Assembly (NCBI GenBank): GCA_965213625.1 | Contig: CBDBZU010000004.1 | Span: 2,016,001-2,080,000, forward strand | Length of the DNA stretch: 64,000 nucleotides | Direction: 5' to 3' | Origin: a bacterium | GTDB taxonomy: Bacteria > UBA8248 | Shown: in pieces, positions 51,201-61,304 of the stretch | Numbering within the stretch: the first letter of the stretch is position 1 | Layout of the letters: each line of letters begins with the position of its first letter | Notes under the pieces: model-generated | What the model was told of the DNA's origin: nothing | Database searches by the model: none | What the model saw: the letters and a program-made list of their open reading frames with translations, nothing else | Program-made: the position numbers and the translations under genes

Positions 51201-52540
51201 TCTTCAGGTTCCTCCCAGGTGAGGTCGATTTCCGTCTCTCCGTCCGCCGCCGCGTTCAACACGGGCTTGTCCGGTACGCCCGCCTGCGTGGTCGCGCTGG
51301 TGGCCCTCCATGGCCCGAACCCTACCGAGTTGTATGCCCGTATCTGGTAGTATTTCTTCGTTCCGGTGGAAAGTCCCGTATGGTTATGCGATTTGACAGA
51401 TGGGCCGTAGTTGCTCTCGAGGTTCGTCCAGTTGCTGCCATCGTCGGATACCTGGAGTTCATAACGGGTGATGTCCGCGCCGTTCGTCGCCGGTTCATCC
51501 CAGGAGAGGTCGATCTGCGTTTCGCCGTTCGGCGTCGCGCGCAGCACCGGCGCGCCCGGCACGTCCGTCTCCGTGGTCGCGTCCGCGACGTTCGACCACC
51601 CGCCGGCGCCTTTCGAGTTGTGCGCCTGTATGCGGTAGTACTTTCTCGTTCCGGGCGAAAGTCTCGTGTGGGAATAGGTGGTGGCCGAAGCTGCAAGGCT
51701 GGATGCGATATTCGTCCAGCCGGAAGTACCGTTGTCGGATACCTGAAGTGTATAGCGTGAGATGGACGCGCCGTTGTCATCCGGAGCATTCCAGGAGAGG
51801 TCGATCTGCGACTTGCCGTTCGCCGCCGCTCGCAGCACTGGCGGGTCCGGAGGGGTCGGCTCACTGCGTATCGTTATCTTGCCTCGCTCGTGTATCGGGC
51901 AGTTTGTGTCGTCCTCCCAGACCTCGTGCATGATATTTATCGGCGTTGTAATATTCTTGTGCGCCGTAAACGTGATCGTTCGCCATTCAGTCGGCTGTTC
52001 TGCATCATTCATGTTGTCCACATCGAATTCCCAGCCGACCGACGGTATCCAACTGATCATTGCGTCTTCTCGGTTGCCTGGCGGGTAGAAACCGTCCCCG
52101 CGCGCCACGCCGTTGACGAAAATTCTGACCCACCAGTTATCGGCTTTCGGTTGCCGGGTAAGCCTGATGCGGTAGGATTTGGACTCTCCCGCCCGGAGAT
52201 TTAACGAACTTACCGACCCCTCCACCTCCACGTCTCCATTCGCCGGGTTGCCGTCCCAGGGTTCGCCTGACTGCGCCAGGGAGTTTGCGCCGTAGAAGCC
52301 GGAGGCGACGAGCAGGAACGAGAGAGCGAAAGCGACGAGCGAGCGCAAGCGTCTGCCCCGATTCGTTCGGACGCTCACGAGGCGAAGGCGGGGAACTGCG
52401 CCGCTCGTAATCCTGACCAATTCGTTTTTGGGCTTTCGCACTTTCGATGAGTCCGTTCGCCGGGTTCGCTCCCGGTAAGCGGTCTCATGCTGGCGAGCCC
52501 GCCCCTCGTGGGAAGCAGAACCGTAGTTGCCGGGCGGCAA
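48215..52540 (-). CDS. Autotransporter-type surface protein with seven fibronectin type III repeats
   Basis: Seven P..PVL.A.ANG.T.IDL.W..P.DNGA.I..YELQVS units, Gly/Asn linker, WLTRFGRTVA, beta-barrel ending VRW; true start probably nearer the signal peptide (~52378). Confidence 0.88.
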   Translation of the reverse strand: MPPGNYGSASHEGRARQHETAYRERTRRTDSSKVRKPKNELVRITSGAVPRLRLVSVRTNRGRRLRSLVAFALSFLLVASGFYGANSLAQSGEPWDGNPANGDVEVEGSVSSLNLRAGESKSYRIRLTRQPKADNWWVRIFVNGVARGDGFYPPGNREDAMISWIPSVGWEFDVDNMNDAEQPTEWRTITFTAHKNITTPINIMHEVWEDDTNCPIHERGKITIRSEPTPPDPPVLRAAANGKSQIDLSWNAPDDNGASISRYTLQVSDNGTSGWTNIASSLAASATTYSHTRLSPGTRKYYRIQAHNSKGAGGWSNVADATTETDVPGAPVLRATPNGETQIDLSWDEPATNGADITRYELQVSDDGSNWTNLESNYGPSVKSHNHTGLSTGTKKYYQIRAYNSVGFGPWRATSATTQAGVPDKPVLNAAADGETEIDLTWEEPEDNGASISRYEIQVSDDGNSGWTNLATSISSSARSYTHSNLSPGTQKYYRILARNSQGPSEWSDPKDATTLVGVPGKPVLSATANGKTQIDLSWSEPADNGASISRYELQESDDGNDWMNLNANLATSPRTYNDTGLSPGTRKYYQVRARNSKGPGPWSDPKNATTQADVPAKPVLTATANGQTKIDLSWDEPEDNGASISRYELQVSDDGNSGWTNLATSISSTARSYTHSNLSPGTQKYYRILARNSQGPSEWSDPKNATTLVGVPDAPVLRATANGQTKIDLSWDEPANNGMAITSYELEVSDDGNSWAPLNSSLPSTDRSYNHTDLSPGTRKYYQIRAHNSVGPGEWSNPKNATTQSANNRGNINPGRNDDGNVGNGGNGGNGGNGGNGGNGGNGENSGGGNGNEVKTSTVPDKPVLSATANGQTRIDLAWAAPLDNGAAITRYELEVSDNGKSGWNGLGGQISASSTSYSHAELSAGTTKHYRIRAHNSQGHSTWSDVVSATTEADNVKDTSEGMNDWLTRFGRTVASQAVETIESRLKAPSMRQSSNMTLAGQYVDFFNSDSPLPLAQEDPELATTARLASRTLGFGGLAGDGSATEYREMSMSDLLMASSFHLTSAQNTENSQGGLWTAWGRGARTSFFGDENSSTFKGDVTTGTLGADFEWGRTMVGVALTHTLGEGYFSIDGQHNDVEARLNSAYPYIRYTVSEHLTIWSMFGFGNGEYVQTEQGGGEKIETDISMRMGAFGFRSALFPPTRQIDYDLAVKGDVMVVEIEADEVRDKLLPVDTNTNRFRLLLEGSREYKIGQGASITPSLVIGVRYDKGDAEEGGGIELGGGFRFFDPSMDMVIDVNARGLLLHEESRFSEMGVSGSVHLIWGTTKKGLSVQVGSTWGDAASGAERLWSQASVAGLGEGTASAQLEAEVGYGMETPRGGHFKPYAGLALSDIGSQTYRVGGRLQVDDRVSLRLEGDRRERVGGKPSHGIALLGSVRW
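50016..50069. repeat. 18-bp tandem repeat x3 encoding a (GNG)n linker
   Basis: ccaccattaccgccgttg x2 plus one single-mismatch copy. Confidence 0.85.
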
Positions 52541-52811
52541 AGTCGTGCGTCGGAGCCAGGTCGGGTGTTGGTGGTGAAGATATGTATGAAGGGCGAATGT
52601 ACTACCTTGGGGACATCAAATATCCCATAAACGTGCGGTGATTGCAACCTTCATGATGCGCGTGACTCCCATGAGCATCGCTTTGAATAAATATCCCATC
52701 ATATGGCGTAATCTTGCTCTCAAAGACACAAAATATTGTGGTTGTTGCTTGACAATTCTCTTTGAATGCGGGACATTGGATTTTAGTGAGCGCCGACACG
52801 AGGACCCATCC

Positions 52812-54725
52812 ATGGAAAAAGAATCGCGAATACGCATTCTCCCCGAATCGCTCGCGAACCAGATTGCCGCAGGCGAGGTGGTGCAGCGCCCCGCCTCCGT
52901 CTTGAAGGAGTTGGTGGAGAACAGCATAGACGCGGGCGCCTCGCGGGTGGAAATCGATTTGGTATCAGGCGGTTCGGCGCGCGTTCAGGTGGTCGACGAC
53001 GGACACGGCATGAGCGAAGACGACGCGCTCTTGTGCCTCGAGCGTCACGCGACGAGCAAGATAGCCACGGATTGGGACCTGGGCCGCGTCGCCACTCTGG
53101 GCTTTAGGGGCGAGGCGCTGCCGAGCATCGCCGCTGTCTCGAAGATGACCATCACCTCCAGAAGGTCGGAGGATGCTCTGGGAACCGAGGTGCGCATTGA
53201 TGGCGGCAAGCTCCAGCGCGTCACCGAGATGGGCACAACACCCGGCACGAGGGTCGAGGTGCGCTCGTTGTTTTTCAACGTGCCGGCGAGACGCAAATTC
53301 CTCAAGAGAAAAGAGACCGAGCTCGCCCGCTGCCTCGAGGTGGCGAATCAGGCGGCCATGGCGAACCCGAACGTCTCGTTCGTCCTGCGCCACGGGAAGA
53401 GGACGCTGCTGGATCTTGACGCCTCTGAGGGGCTCATGGCCCGCGCCGCCCAACTCGTAGGCGAGGCGGCTGCCTCACATCTGCTTAAAATTCCCGGCGC
53501 CACGACGGAGAACATGACGTTAAGCGGCTGGGCGGGCGCGCCCGGGCTCAACCGCTCCACGCGCGACGCGCAGTATCTGTTCGTGAACGGACGACCCATC
53601 CGGGACCGGCTTTTCGTCCATGCGGCGTATGCGGCCTACAGAAGCTTCCTGCCGGTGAAACGCCATCCCGTCTTCATCCTCTTTTTGGACATGCCGCCCG
53701 AGGACGTGGACGTGAACGCCCACCCCGCCAAACAGGAGGTGCGCTTCCGCTTCGCATCGAGCGTTTACGATCTCGTTCGCGATAGCGTCGCCGCCGTGCT
53801 GGGCGCGAGGCCCGAGAGAGTAAGGCGCGATTTCGCGCGGGAGGGAGTGGGCCACGCGGCCCCGAATGTCGCCGCAGAAGAGGGCGCTGCGTCCACGGCA
53901 TCGCCGTCCACGCGTTCCTCCGCGCCTGCTTTACTGGGCGGCGGCGGATACATTGGAGACTATGGAGCCGCCGGGGATTACGGCGCCTCTGAGGAAGAAG
54001 GATCGCTCGACGCCTCTCCACCTGCACCCGACGCGGAGGCGACGGATACCGACCTGCCTGCGCCGATGAGTTCCCCATCTGCATCGACGGCCCCCTCGCC
54101 ACTCGAGCGGATGCTCGAGCCGCCCCATCCGTCCGATCCTGTCGTTCTCTCCGAATGTCGCTATCTCGGTCAGTGGGAGGAGTGTTTTCTTCTCTTCGCC
54201 TCGCCCCAGGGGCTCGTGCTCGTTGATCAGCACGCTGCGCACGAGAGAGTGCTTTACAACCGGTTCCGCGATCAGTTCAGGGAGGGCCACGTCGACAGCC
54301 AGGCGTGTCTGGTGCCCGAGGAGATTCAGCTCAGGCCCGAGGAGGCGCTGAGTATCGAGACGCACCGCGAGGATCTGCTGCGCTCGGGCTTCGAACTCGA
54401 GTGCGCGGGTCCCGGGGAGTACCGGATTCGGGCCGTGCCTGCGCTTCTGGCGGATCGTGATCCCGCAGGCGCGGTACGCCAGATCGTGGAAAGTCTGGCG
54501 GATATTGAACAGCCCGTGAGCTTCGCCGACCTGATCGACGGCATCATTGCGAGGATGAGTTGTAGGGGCGCGGTGAAGGCGGCGCAGCCCATGCGCCCCG
54601 AGGCAGTGGCCGCTCTCATCGATGAACTCGAGAATACGCCGGGCAGGTGGACCTGCCCGCATGGAAGGCCCGTCATGCTCGTAATGGGCACAGACCCCGT
54701 GAGGAGGCGTTTTCTGCGAAGTTGA
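52812..54725 (+). CDS. mutL: DNA mismatch repair endonuclease MutL
   Basis: NQIAAGEVV.RP, ENSIDAG, HATSKI, GFRGEAL, DQHAAHER, CPHGRP. Confidence 0.97.
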   Translation: MEKESRIRILPESLANQIAAGEVVQRPASVLKELVENSIDAGASRVEIDLVSGGSARVQVVDDGHGMSEDDALLCLERHATSKIATDWDLGRVATLGFRGEALPSIAAVSKMTITSRRSEDALGTEVRIDGGKLQRVTEMGTTPGTRVEVRSLFFNVPARRKFLKRKETELARCLEVANQAAMANPNVSFVLRHGKRTLLDLDASEGLMARAAQLVGEAAASHLLKIPGATTENMTLSGWAGAPGLNRSTRDAQYLFVNGRPIRDRLFVHAAYAAYRSFLPVKRHPVFILFLDMPPEDVDVNAHPAKQEVRFRFASSVYDLVRDSVAAVLGARPERVRRDFAREGVGHAAPNVAAEEGAASTASPSTRSSAPALLGGGGYIGDYGAAGDYGASEEEGSLDASPPAPDAEATDTDLPAPMSSPSASTAPSPLERMLEPPHPSDPVVLSECRYLGQWEECFLLFASPQGLVLVDQHAAHERVLYNRFRDQFREGHVDSQACLVPEEIQLRPEEALSIETHREDLLRSGFELECAGPGEYRIRAVPALLADRDPAGAVRQIVESLADIEQPVSFADLIDGIIARMSCRGAVKAAQPMRPEAVAALIDELENTPGRWTCPHGRPVMLVMGTDPVRRRFLRS

Positions 54726-54757
54726 GCAGAATTTTCGTGCCAAGACCGGGGAAGCTC

Positions 54758-54786
54758 TTGACACCCGCGCCCGCGCGCAACAGAAT
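54758..54786 (+). promoter_or_regulatory. Putative sigma70 promoter upstream of guaBA
   Basis: TTGACA-17 nt-CAGAAT. Confidence 0.65.
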
Positions 54787-54792
54787 GGCGAG

Positions 54793-56524
<1,732 letters not shown>

Positions 56525-56749
56525 TTGATAGAGGATGGTCCGGTGCGGCGCCCGTCGGTGTCGAATCTGGTGTGCGCGTATGTATGAGCGCTTCGCCCAT
56601 CGCCCACAAAAATGAAAGCGCCGGGTATCGAGGGATATGGGGTCCCGATTTATCCGGCGCACTGGAAGTCGGCCGATGGCCCGTTTTGAGAGCGGACCTG
56701 AGAGTGGAGGGGGGAGAAGCGATTCGTCTCGCTTTGTCCTGAAATAAAG

Positions 56750-58279
56750 ATGCGCGATCAGATACTCATTCTCGATTTCGGCTCGCAGTATACGCAACTC
56801 ATCGCCCGGCGCGTGCGGGAGTTGAACGTGTATTGCGAGATTCAGCCTTGCACTCGTAACTGGCGTGAGGTCACGGGTTCGCACACCAAAGGCGTCATAC
56901 TCTCCGGCGGACCGAGCAGCGTGTACGAGAACGGCTCTCCCTCGGTCGATCCTGCGCTGTTCGAGAGCGACTTCCCCATTCTTGGGATTTGTTACGGCAT
57001 GCAGCTCATGACCCACCTTCTCGGCGGGAAAGTCGGTCCTTACGCCAAAAGAGAATTCGGGCGCGCCGAAGTGGTGGTCGAAGAACCTGTTGGCATCTTT
57101 CTCGGCTCCCAGGGCGCCGAGACCGTCTGGATGAGCCATGGGGACACGATAGAAGAGCCGCCGCCCGGCTATAGGCAGCTCGCGCGGTCGGAAGGGTCGC
57201 CTGTGGCGGCGATGATGTCCGACGATGGACGGCGCTACGGCATACAGTTTCACCCCGAAGTGGCGCACACCCCCCGAGGCAAGGAAATTCTCCACAACTT
57301 CGTGAACAGGATATGCGGATGCACGGGCGATTGGACCATGCGCTCCTTTATCGAGGAAGCGGTCGAGCACATCAGGGAACAGGTCGGGGACAAGCGCGTG
57401 GTGTGCGGCCTCTCGGGTGGCGTGGATTCCTCCGTTACGGCGATGCTCTTGAAACAGGCGATAGGCGAGCGGCTCACCTGCATCTTCGTGGACAACGGCC
57501 TGCTCAGAAAGAACGAGGCCGAGCAGGTGGTGGAGACCTTCGGCGACAGGCTTAACCTCGTGCACTCGGACGCGAGCGGGGAATTCCTGAGCGCGCTGCG
57601 CGGCGTCACGCACCCCGAGGCCAAGAGAAAGAGGATCGGCGAAATTTTCATCCGCGTGTTCGAGCGCGAGGCGAGTAAGCTGGGCGACGTGAAGTTCCTG
57701 GCCCAGGGGACGCTCTACCCCGACGTCATCGAGAGCGTCTCGTTCAAGGGACCTTCGGCGACCATAAAAAGCCACCACAACGTGGGCGGGCTGCCCAAAT
57801 GGATGCGGCTCGCGCTCATCGAGCCCCTGCGCGAGTTGTTCAAGGATGAGGTGCGCGAGGCGGGCGAGGAGTTGGGGCTGCCCCGCGAGATGCTCTGGCG
57901 CCATCCGTTCCCCGGTCCCGGCCTCGCCGTGCGCGTTTTGGGCGAGGTGACGGAAAAGCGCGTGAAAACCCTTCAGGAAGCGGACGCCATTTTCATCGAA
58001 ACGCTCCGCAAGCACGATCACTACTACAAGGTCTGGCAGGCGTTCGCCGTGTTGCTGCCCGTCAACACCGTCGGCGTGATGGGCGACGCGAGGACGTATG
58101 AGAACGCTCTCGCGCTCCGGGCCGTCACCAGCCAGGACGGGATGACGGCGGACTGGGCGAGACTTCCTGCGGATTTACTCGCCGAGGCCTCATCGCGCAT
58201 CATCAACGAGGTGCGCGGCGTGAACCGCGTGGTCTACGACATCTCCTCCAAGCCGCCGGGCACGATCGAGTGGGAGTGA
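56750..58279 (+). CDS. guaA: GMP synthase (glutamine-hydrolysing)
   Basis: [50 protein letters not shown]. Confidence 0.98.
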   Translation: MRDQILILDFGSQYTQLIARRVRELNVYCEIQPCTRNWREVTGSHTKGVILSGGPSSVYENGSPSVDPALFESDFPILGICYGMQLMTHLLGGKVGPYAKREFGRAEVVVEEPVGIFLGSQGAETVWMSHGDTIEEPPPGYRQLARSEGSPVAAMMSDDGRRYGIQFHPEVAHTPRGKEILHNFVNRICGCTGDWTMRSFIEEAVEHIREQVGDKRVVCGLSGGVDSSVTAMLLKQAIGERLTCIFVDNGLLRKNEAEQVVETFGDRLNLVHSDASGEFLSALRGVTHPEAKRKRIGEIFIRVFEREASKLGDVKFLAQGTLYPDVIESVSFKGPSATIKSHHNVGGLPKWMRLALIEPLRELFKDEVREAGEELGLPREMLWRHPFPGPGLAVRVLGEVTEKRVKTLQEADAIFIETLRKHDHYYKVWQAFAVLLPVNTVGVMGDARTYENALALRAVTSQDGMTADWARLPADLLAEASSRIINEVRGVNRVVYDISSKPPGTIEWE

Positions 58280-59213
58280 GAAAGAAAAAGGGAACATCTA
58301 AGTTGAAACGATGAGAAAACTAATTCTACTCACCACACTCACTGTATTCCTGACAACGGGTTGCGGTGAAGTTGTGGATTATGTCCAAAGCAAAATAAAT
58401 AAAGGTAACCATAAGGGCGTTGCGGCGTGCATCAAAATTAACAAGAACGATCTTGTGTCTATAGAGACGGTACGTAGAGCATGCACGAAATCTCACGAAA
58501 AGCTTCTTTCTGTTTATGGTGTTAGTTTCGGCAAGAATCCTTGGCGAGGATCTTTCAGTAAGTGGGGGGAGAAATGGAATGTCAGTGTTGCTGGGGCAAA
58601 TCAGTTAAAAACTCACATAATTACTAGTTTTGTAGTTAAAGTGGAAGTTTTTGACCCAGAAGGCAAGTCACGCAAACGCCTAATGTCTTTTGAAGGGCTA
58701 TGGCTCGAACCGCTGAAAAAGTTTTCTAAATCAAAGTCATTTGATTTTGGTCCCGAGGATAAAATGAATAAATGGTGCAATGATTTGTTCACCCAAAGCA
58801 CAGATTATAAGTCCTGCAAAACTTGGGGAATCACAGAGATAAAGGGTATCCTTATTGCTATTGACTAATCTTTCGACTACGAAATTTTATTTAGTGTTCG
58901 TAGTTCCAAAGAAAAATTAACATAAATAATCAATATGTTCCGAGAATAGGATTATTAAGTATGTGTAAATTAAACAATTCAGAAACAATAGGTTGCGCGA
59001 ACGCCGTGGTTCCACACTTATTTTTGGGTTCGCATGACCTGGGATAAGAGTCACGCTGAACGCGAATATGCACTCAGACTTCAGCTTCAAGGAAAAGCTC
59101 AATCAGATCGTCGTGGCTTTCAATGTATTAAAGCACTATACGTGCCTTGGTACACACTAGCGTGAATGCGGCATTTGTCTCCTCCAAGCCGCCGGGCACG
59201 ATCGAATGGGAGT
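58242..59213. mobile_element. Integrase-less islet bounded by a duplicated guaA 3' end (attL/attR-like)
   Basis: 58242-58277 and 59178-59213 match at 35/36 nt (offset 936); the interior is markedly AT-rich. Confidence 0.8.
58311..58868 (+). CDS. AT-rich hypothetical lipoprotein (islet cargo)
   Basis: MRKLILLTTLTVFLTTGC lipoprotein signal; Lys-rich; four further Cys. Confidence 0.75.
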   Translation: MRKLILLTTLTVFLTTGCGEVVDYVQSKINKGNHKGVAACIKINKNDLVSIETVRRACTKSHEKLLSVYGVSFGKNPWRGSFSKWGEKWNVSVAGANQLKTHIITSFVVKVEVFDPEGKSRKRLMSFEGLWLEPLKKFSKSKSFDFGPEDKMNKWCNDLFTQSTDYKSCKTWGITEIKGILIAID

Positions 59214-59250
59214 AGGGTAAGGCAGGAAAATTCAACAATTTAAGCAAAAA

Positions 59251-60000
59251 TCACTTTTTCTTCTTCTTCACCAACTGGATTTTATCGAAATCTACAATGG
59301 AAATCCTTTCGCCGGTCGCCCTCTCGTCGCCGGGCCGGTAAATCCCGAATTTGAAATGCGGCGCTCCGCATGACTTCACGATAAAAAACGCCTTGTCTAA
59401 TATCTTTTCGTCACTGAAATAGAGGTTGTAATTTGATTTTGTGAAGTTAACCTCCAGTTTTACGTCGATCCATTTCCCGATGACTTCATTGATGCGGACA
59501 TTCCTTTTGAAGCGCTCATCCCAATTATTGGTTATCAAGCGACCATTCGAAAATTTGAACATCATTGGAGGACCGACTCTGCAACCTGAACCAGATTGGT
59601 GCATTTGAAAAAAGTCTTCCCTGGGGTAGGAAAATCCCTTTACGAACCGAACCTTGAAGGTCAACGTATAGTCTGCATCTTGCGCCAAAGTGCTCGCCTG
59701 CTTTATTTCCGCCCGCTCCCAGTATGGCGCGCCGTGTCTTTGTATACCGTCGGTGCTGCATCCTCCTACCTGTTTGTTTTTCAATGTAAAGCGCAGAAAC
59801 GTCTCTTTTCCTTCCGTTACCCATTGTATCGAAGAGGATTCCGGGAGGCCGCAGTTGTCGTAAAACTCGACGTTCCAGTCTTTGTCCTGATAGGTCGTAT
59901 TGCCGCCCGTATCGAAATATCCGGCGGTTGAAATCCCGTCAGTTGTAGTTTTACATCCCGCCAAAAAGACGATAATAATCAAGAGAAGAAATTTGCGCAT
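59251..60000 (-). CDS. Lipoprotein, polysaccharide lyase (heparin lyase I-like) family
   Basis: Lipobox LAGC; ERAEI, FFQMH, GKW.DV, HFKFGIYR, V.FD.I beta-jelly-roll lyase motifs. Confidence 0.7.
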   Translation of the reverse strand: MRKFLLLIIIVFLAGCKTTTDGISTAGYFDTGGNTTYQDKDWNVEFYDNCGLPESSSIQWVTEGKETFLRFTLKNKQVGGCSTDGIQRHGAPYWERAEIKQASTLAQDADYTLTFKVRFVKGFSYPREDFFQMHQSGSGCRVGPPMMFKFSNGRLITNNWDERFKRNVRINEVIGKWIDVKLEVNFTKSNYNLYFSDEKILDKAFFIVKSCGAPHFKFGIYRPGDERATGERISIVDFDKIQLVKKKKK

Positions 60001-60200
60001 TTTTTTCTCCAATTTTTATCGAGTATTTGGAATAAGAACACTTTCCGGCATATTAGACGTCTTAGATGAAAAAGCAAGAAAACCATGTGGCGGTTTTAGG
60101 TTTAAATCTATTAGATTCAGTTAGTTGCAATTAATTGGCTGCCCTTTCCTTTGTAAAGTTCGTCGCCGCGTCTGTTGTTTTCCAGAGGAGCTGAAAGAAT

Positions 60201-60758
60201 ATGTATCACACCTTGAAGACCTCGCTCGTAGTGCTCCCACTCTTGTTCCTTGGCGTACTTCTCCCGGGAATGAGCGCACAAGCCCATGAGGCGAATTACC
60301 CCCATTTTCACATCGCCCAGAGCGGGCATGGAAAGATGGGGCATGAGGGCCACATGAGCAAGCCCCACGAGGGTGGGATGAAGAAGGGCCATGCACACGG
60401 GATGAAGCATTCCGTCAAAATGATTCCCGCAGGCTACAAGAACCCCCCGAGTGTTAAGATACGCTTGGCGAAAGACGCCCATTCCAAGGGGGCGCTCAAT
60501 TTGTTCCTGAGCCTCGAGAATTTTCGCTTCGCGCCCGAAGACGTCAACAAGACATCCAGGATCAACGAGGGCCACGCGCACCTGTACGTAAACGGCAAGA
60601 AGCTCACGAGGCTGTACGGCGCTTCCTATTTCATGGATAAACTGCCGAAGGGGAATCTCGAAATCAGGGTCACGCTGAACACCAACATGCACGAAGACCT
60701 GAGTTACAAGGGAAAACTCGTTCAGGACGCCGTGGTGTTCAAGGATTACAACAACTAG
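60201..60758 (+). CDS. Secreted His/Met-rich hypothetical protein (possible metal binding)
   Basis: Signal peptide ending AQA-HE, His/Met-rich stretch, NFRFAPE, EGHAHLYVNG.K..RLYG, LNTN.H. Confidence 0.75.
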   Translation: MYHTLKTSLVVLPLLFLGVLLPGMSAQAHEANYPHFHIAQSGHGKMGHEGHMSKPHEGGMKKGHAHGMKHSVKMIPAGYKNPPSVKIRLAKDAHSKGALNLFLSLENFRFAPEDVNKTSRINEGHAHLYVNGKKLTRLYGASYFMDKLPKGNLEIRVTLNTNMHEDLSYKGKLVQDAVVFKDYNN

Positions 60759-60776
60759 GCGCAGGGAAACGAAACT

Positions 60777-61142
60777 TTGGTGATTTGGACGCATTTCATT
60801 CTGGCGGTGCTGGCGATTGGGCTGGGCCTCGTCAACCTTGCGTCCACAAAGGGAACGCGGAGGCACCGCATCATCGGCTGGTGCTGGCTTGTCACGATGA
60901 CCTACGTCACGGTCTCGTCCTTCTGGATACGAGAACTCAACCATGGCGATTTCAGCTGGATTCACCTGCTGACGATATGGACCATTTTCTGCATGATTGT
61001 TGCGGTTGTCTCGATACGGCGGGGAAATGTGCGGCTGCACGCGTCGTTCATGACGGGCACGATGATAGGCGCCTTCATCGCCGGCGGGTTCGCCATGATG
61101 CCCGGCCGGTTCATCAGCGAGCTATTCGGATACGGCGGGTGA
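60777..61142 (+). CDS. DUF2306-like membrane protein
   Basis: KGT..HR..G..W, SSFWI, FSWIHLL, H...M, GGFAMMPGR. Confidence 0.75.
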   Translation: MVIWTHFILAVLAIGLGLVNLASTKGTRRHRIIGWCWLVTMTYVTVSSFWIRELNHGDFSWIHLLTIWTIFCMIVAVVSIRRGNVRLHASFMTGTMIGAFIAGGFAMMPGRFISELFGYGG

Positions 61143-61304
61143 TTCGCCTCGATCGGAAAAGCATCGCCTTGCAGCGAAAAAAGATGGCGGCGACAGGCAT
61201 CAGTCGATAAACTAATAACACTGCACCAGGGTTACACAGGCTATACGAAAAGAAGTAACCTAACAGAGCACGCCCCTATTAAAATCCGCCCCCGGGGAAA
61301 AGAC

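Noticed and set aside
49680-51860. CRISPR-like periodic repeats
   Set aside because: The periodicity is in-frame FN3 domain coding; there is no repeat-spacer structure and no cas gene.
53820-54140. Low-complexity segment inside mutL
   Set aside because: Corresponds to the normally variable, disordered linker between MutL N- and C-terminal domains; the frame is intact.
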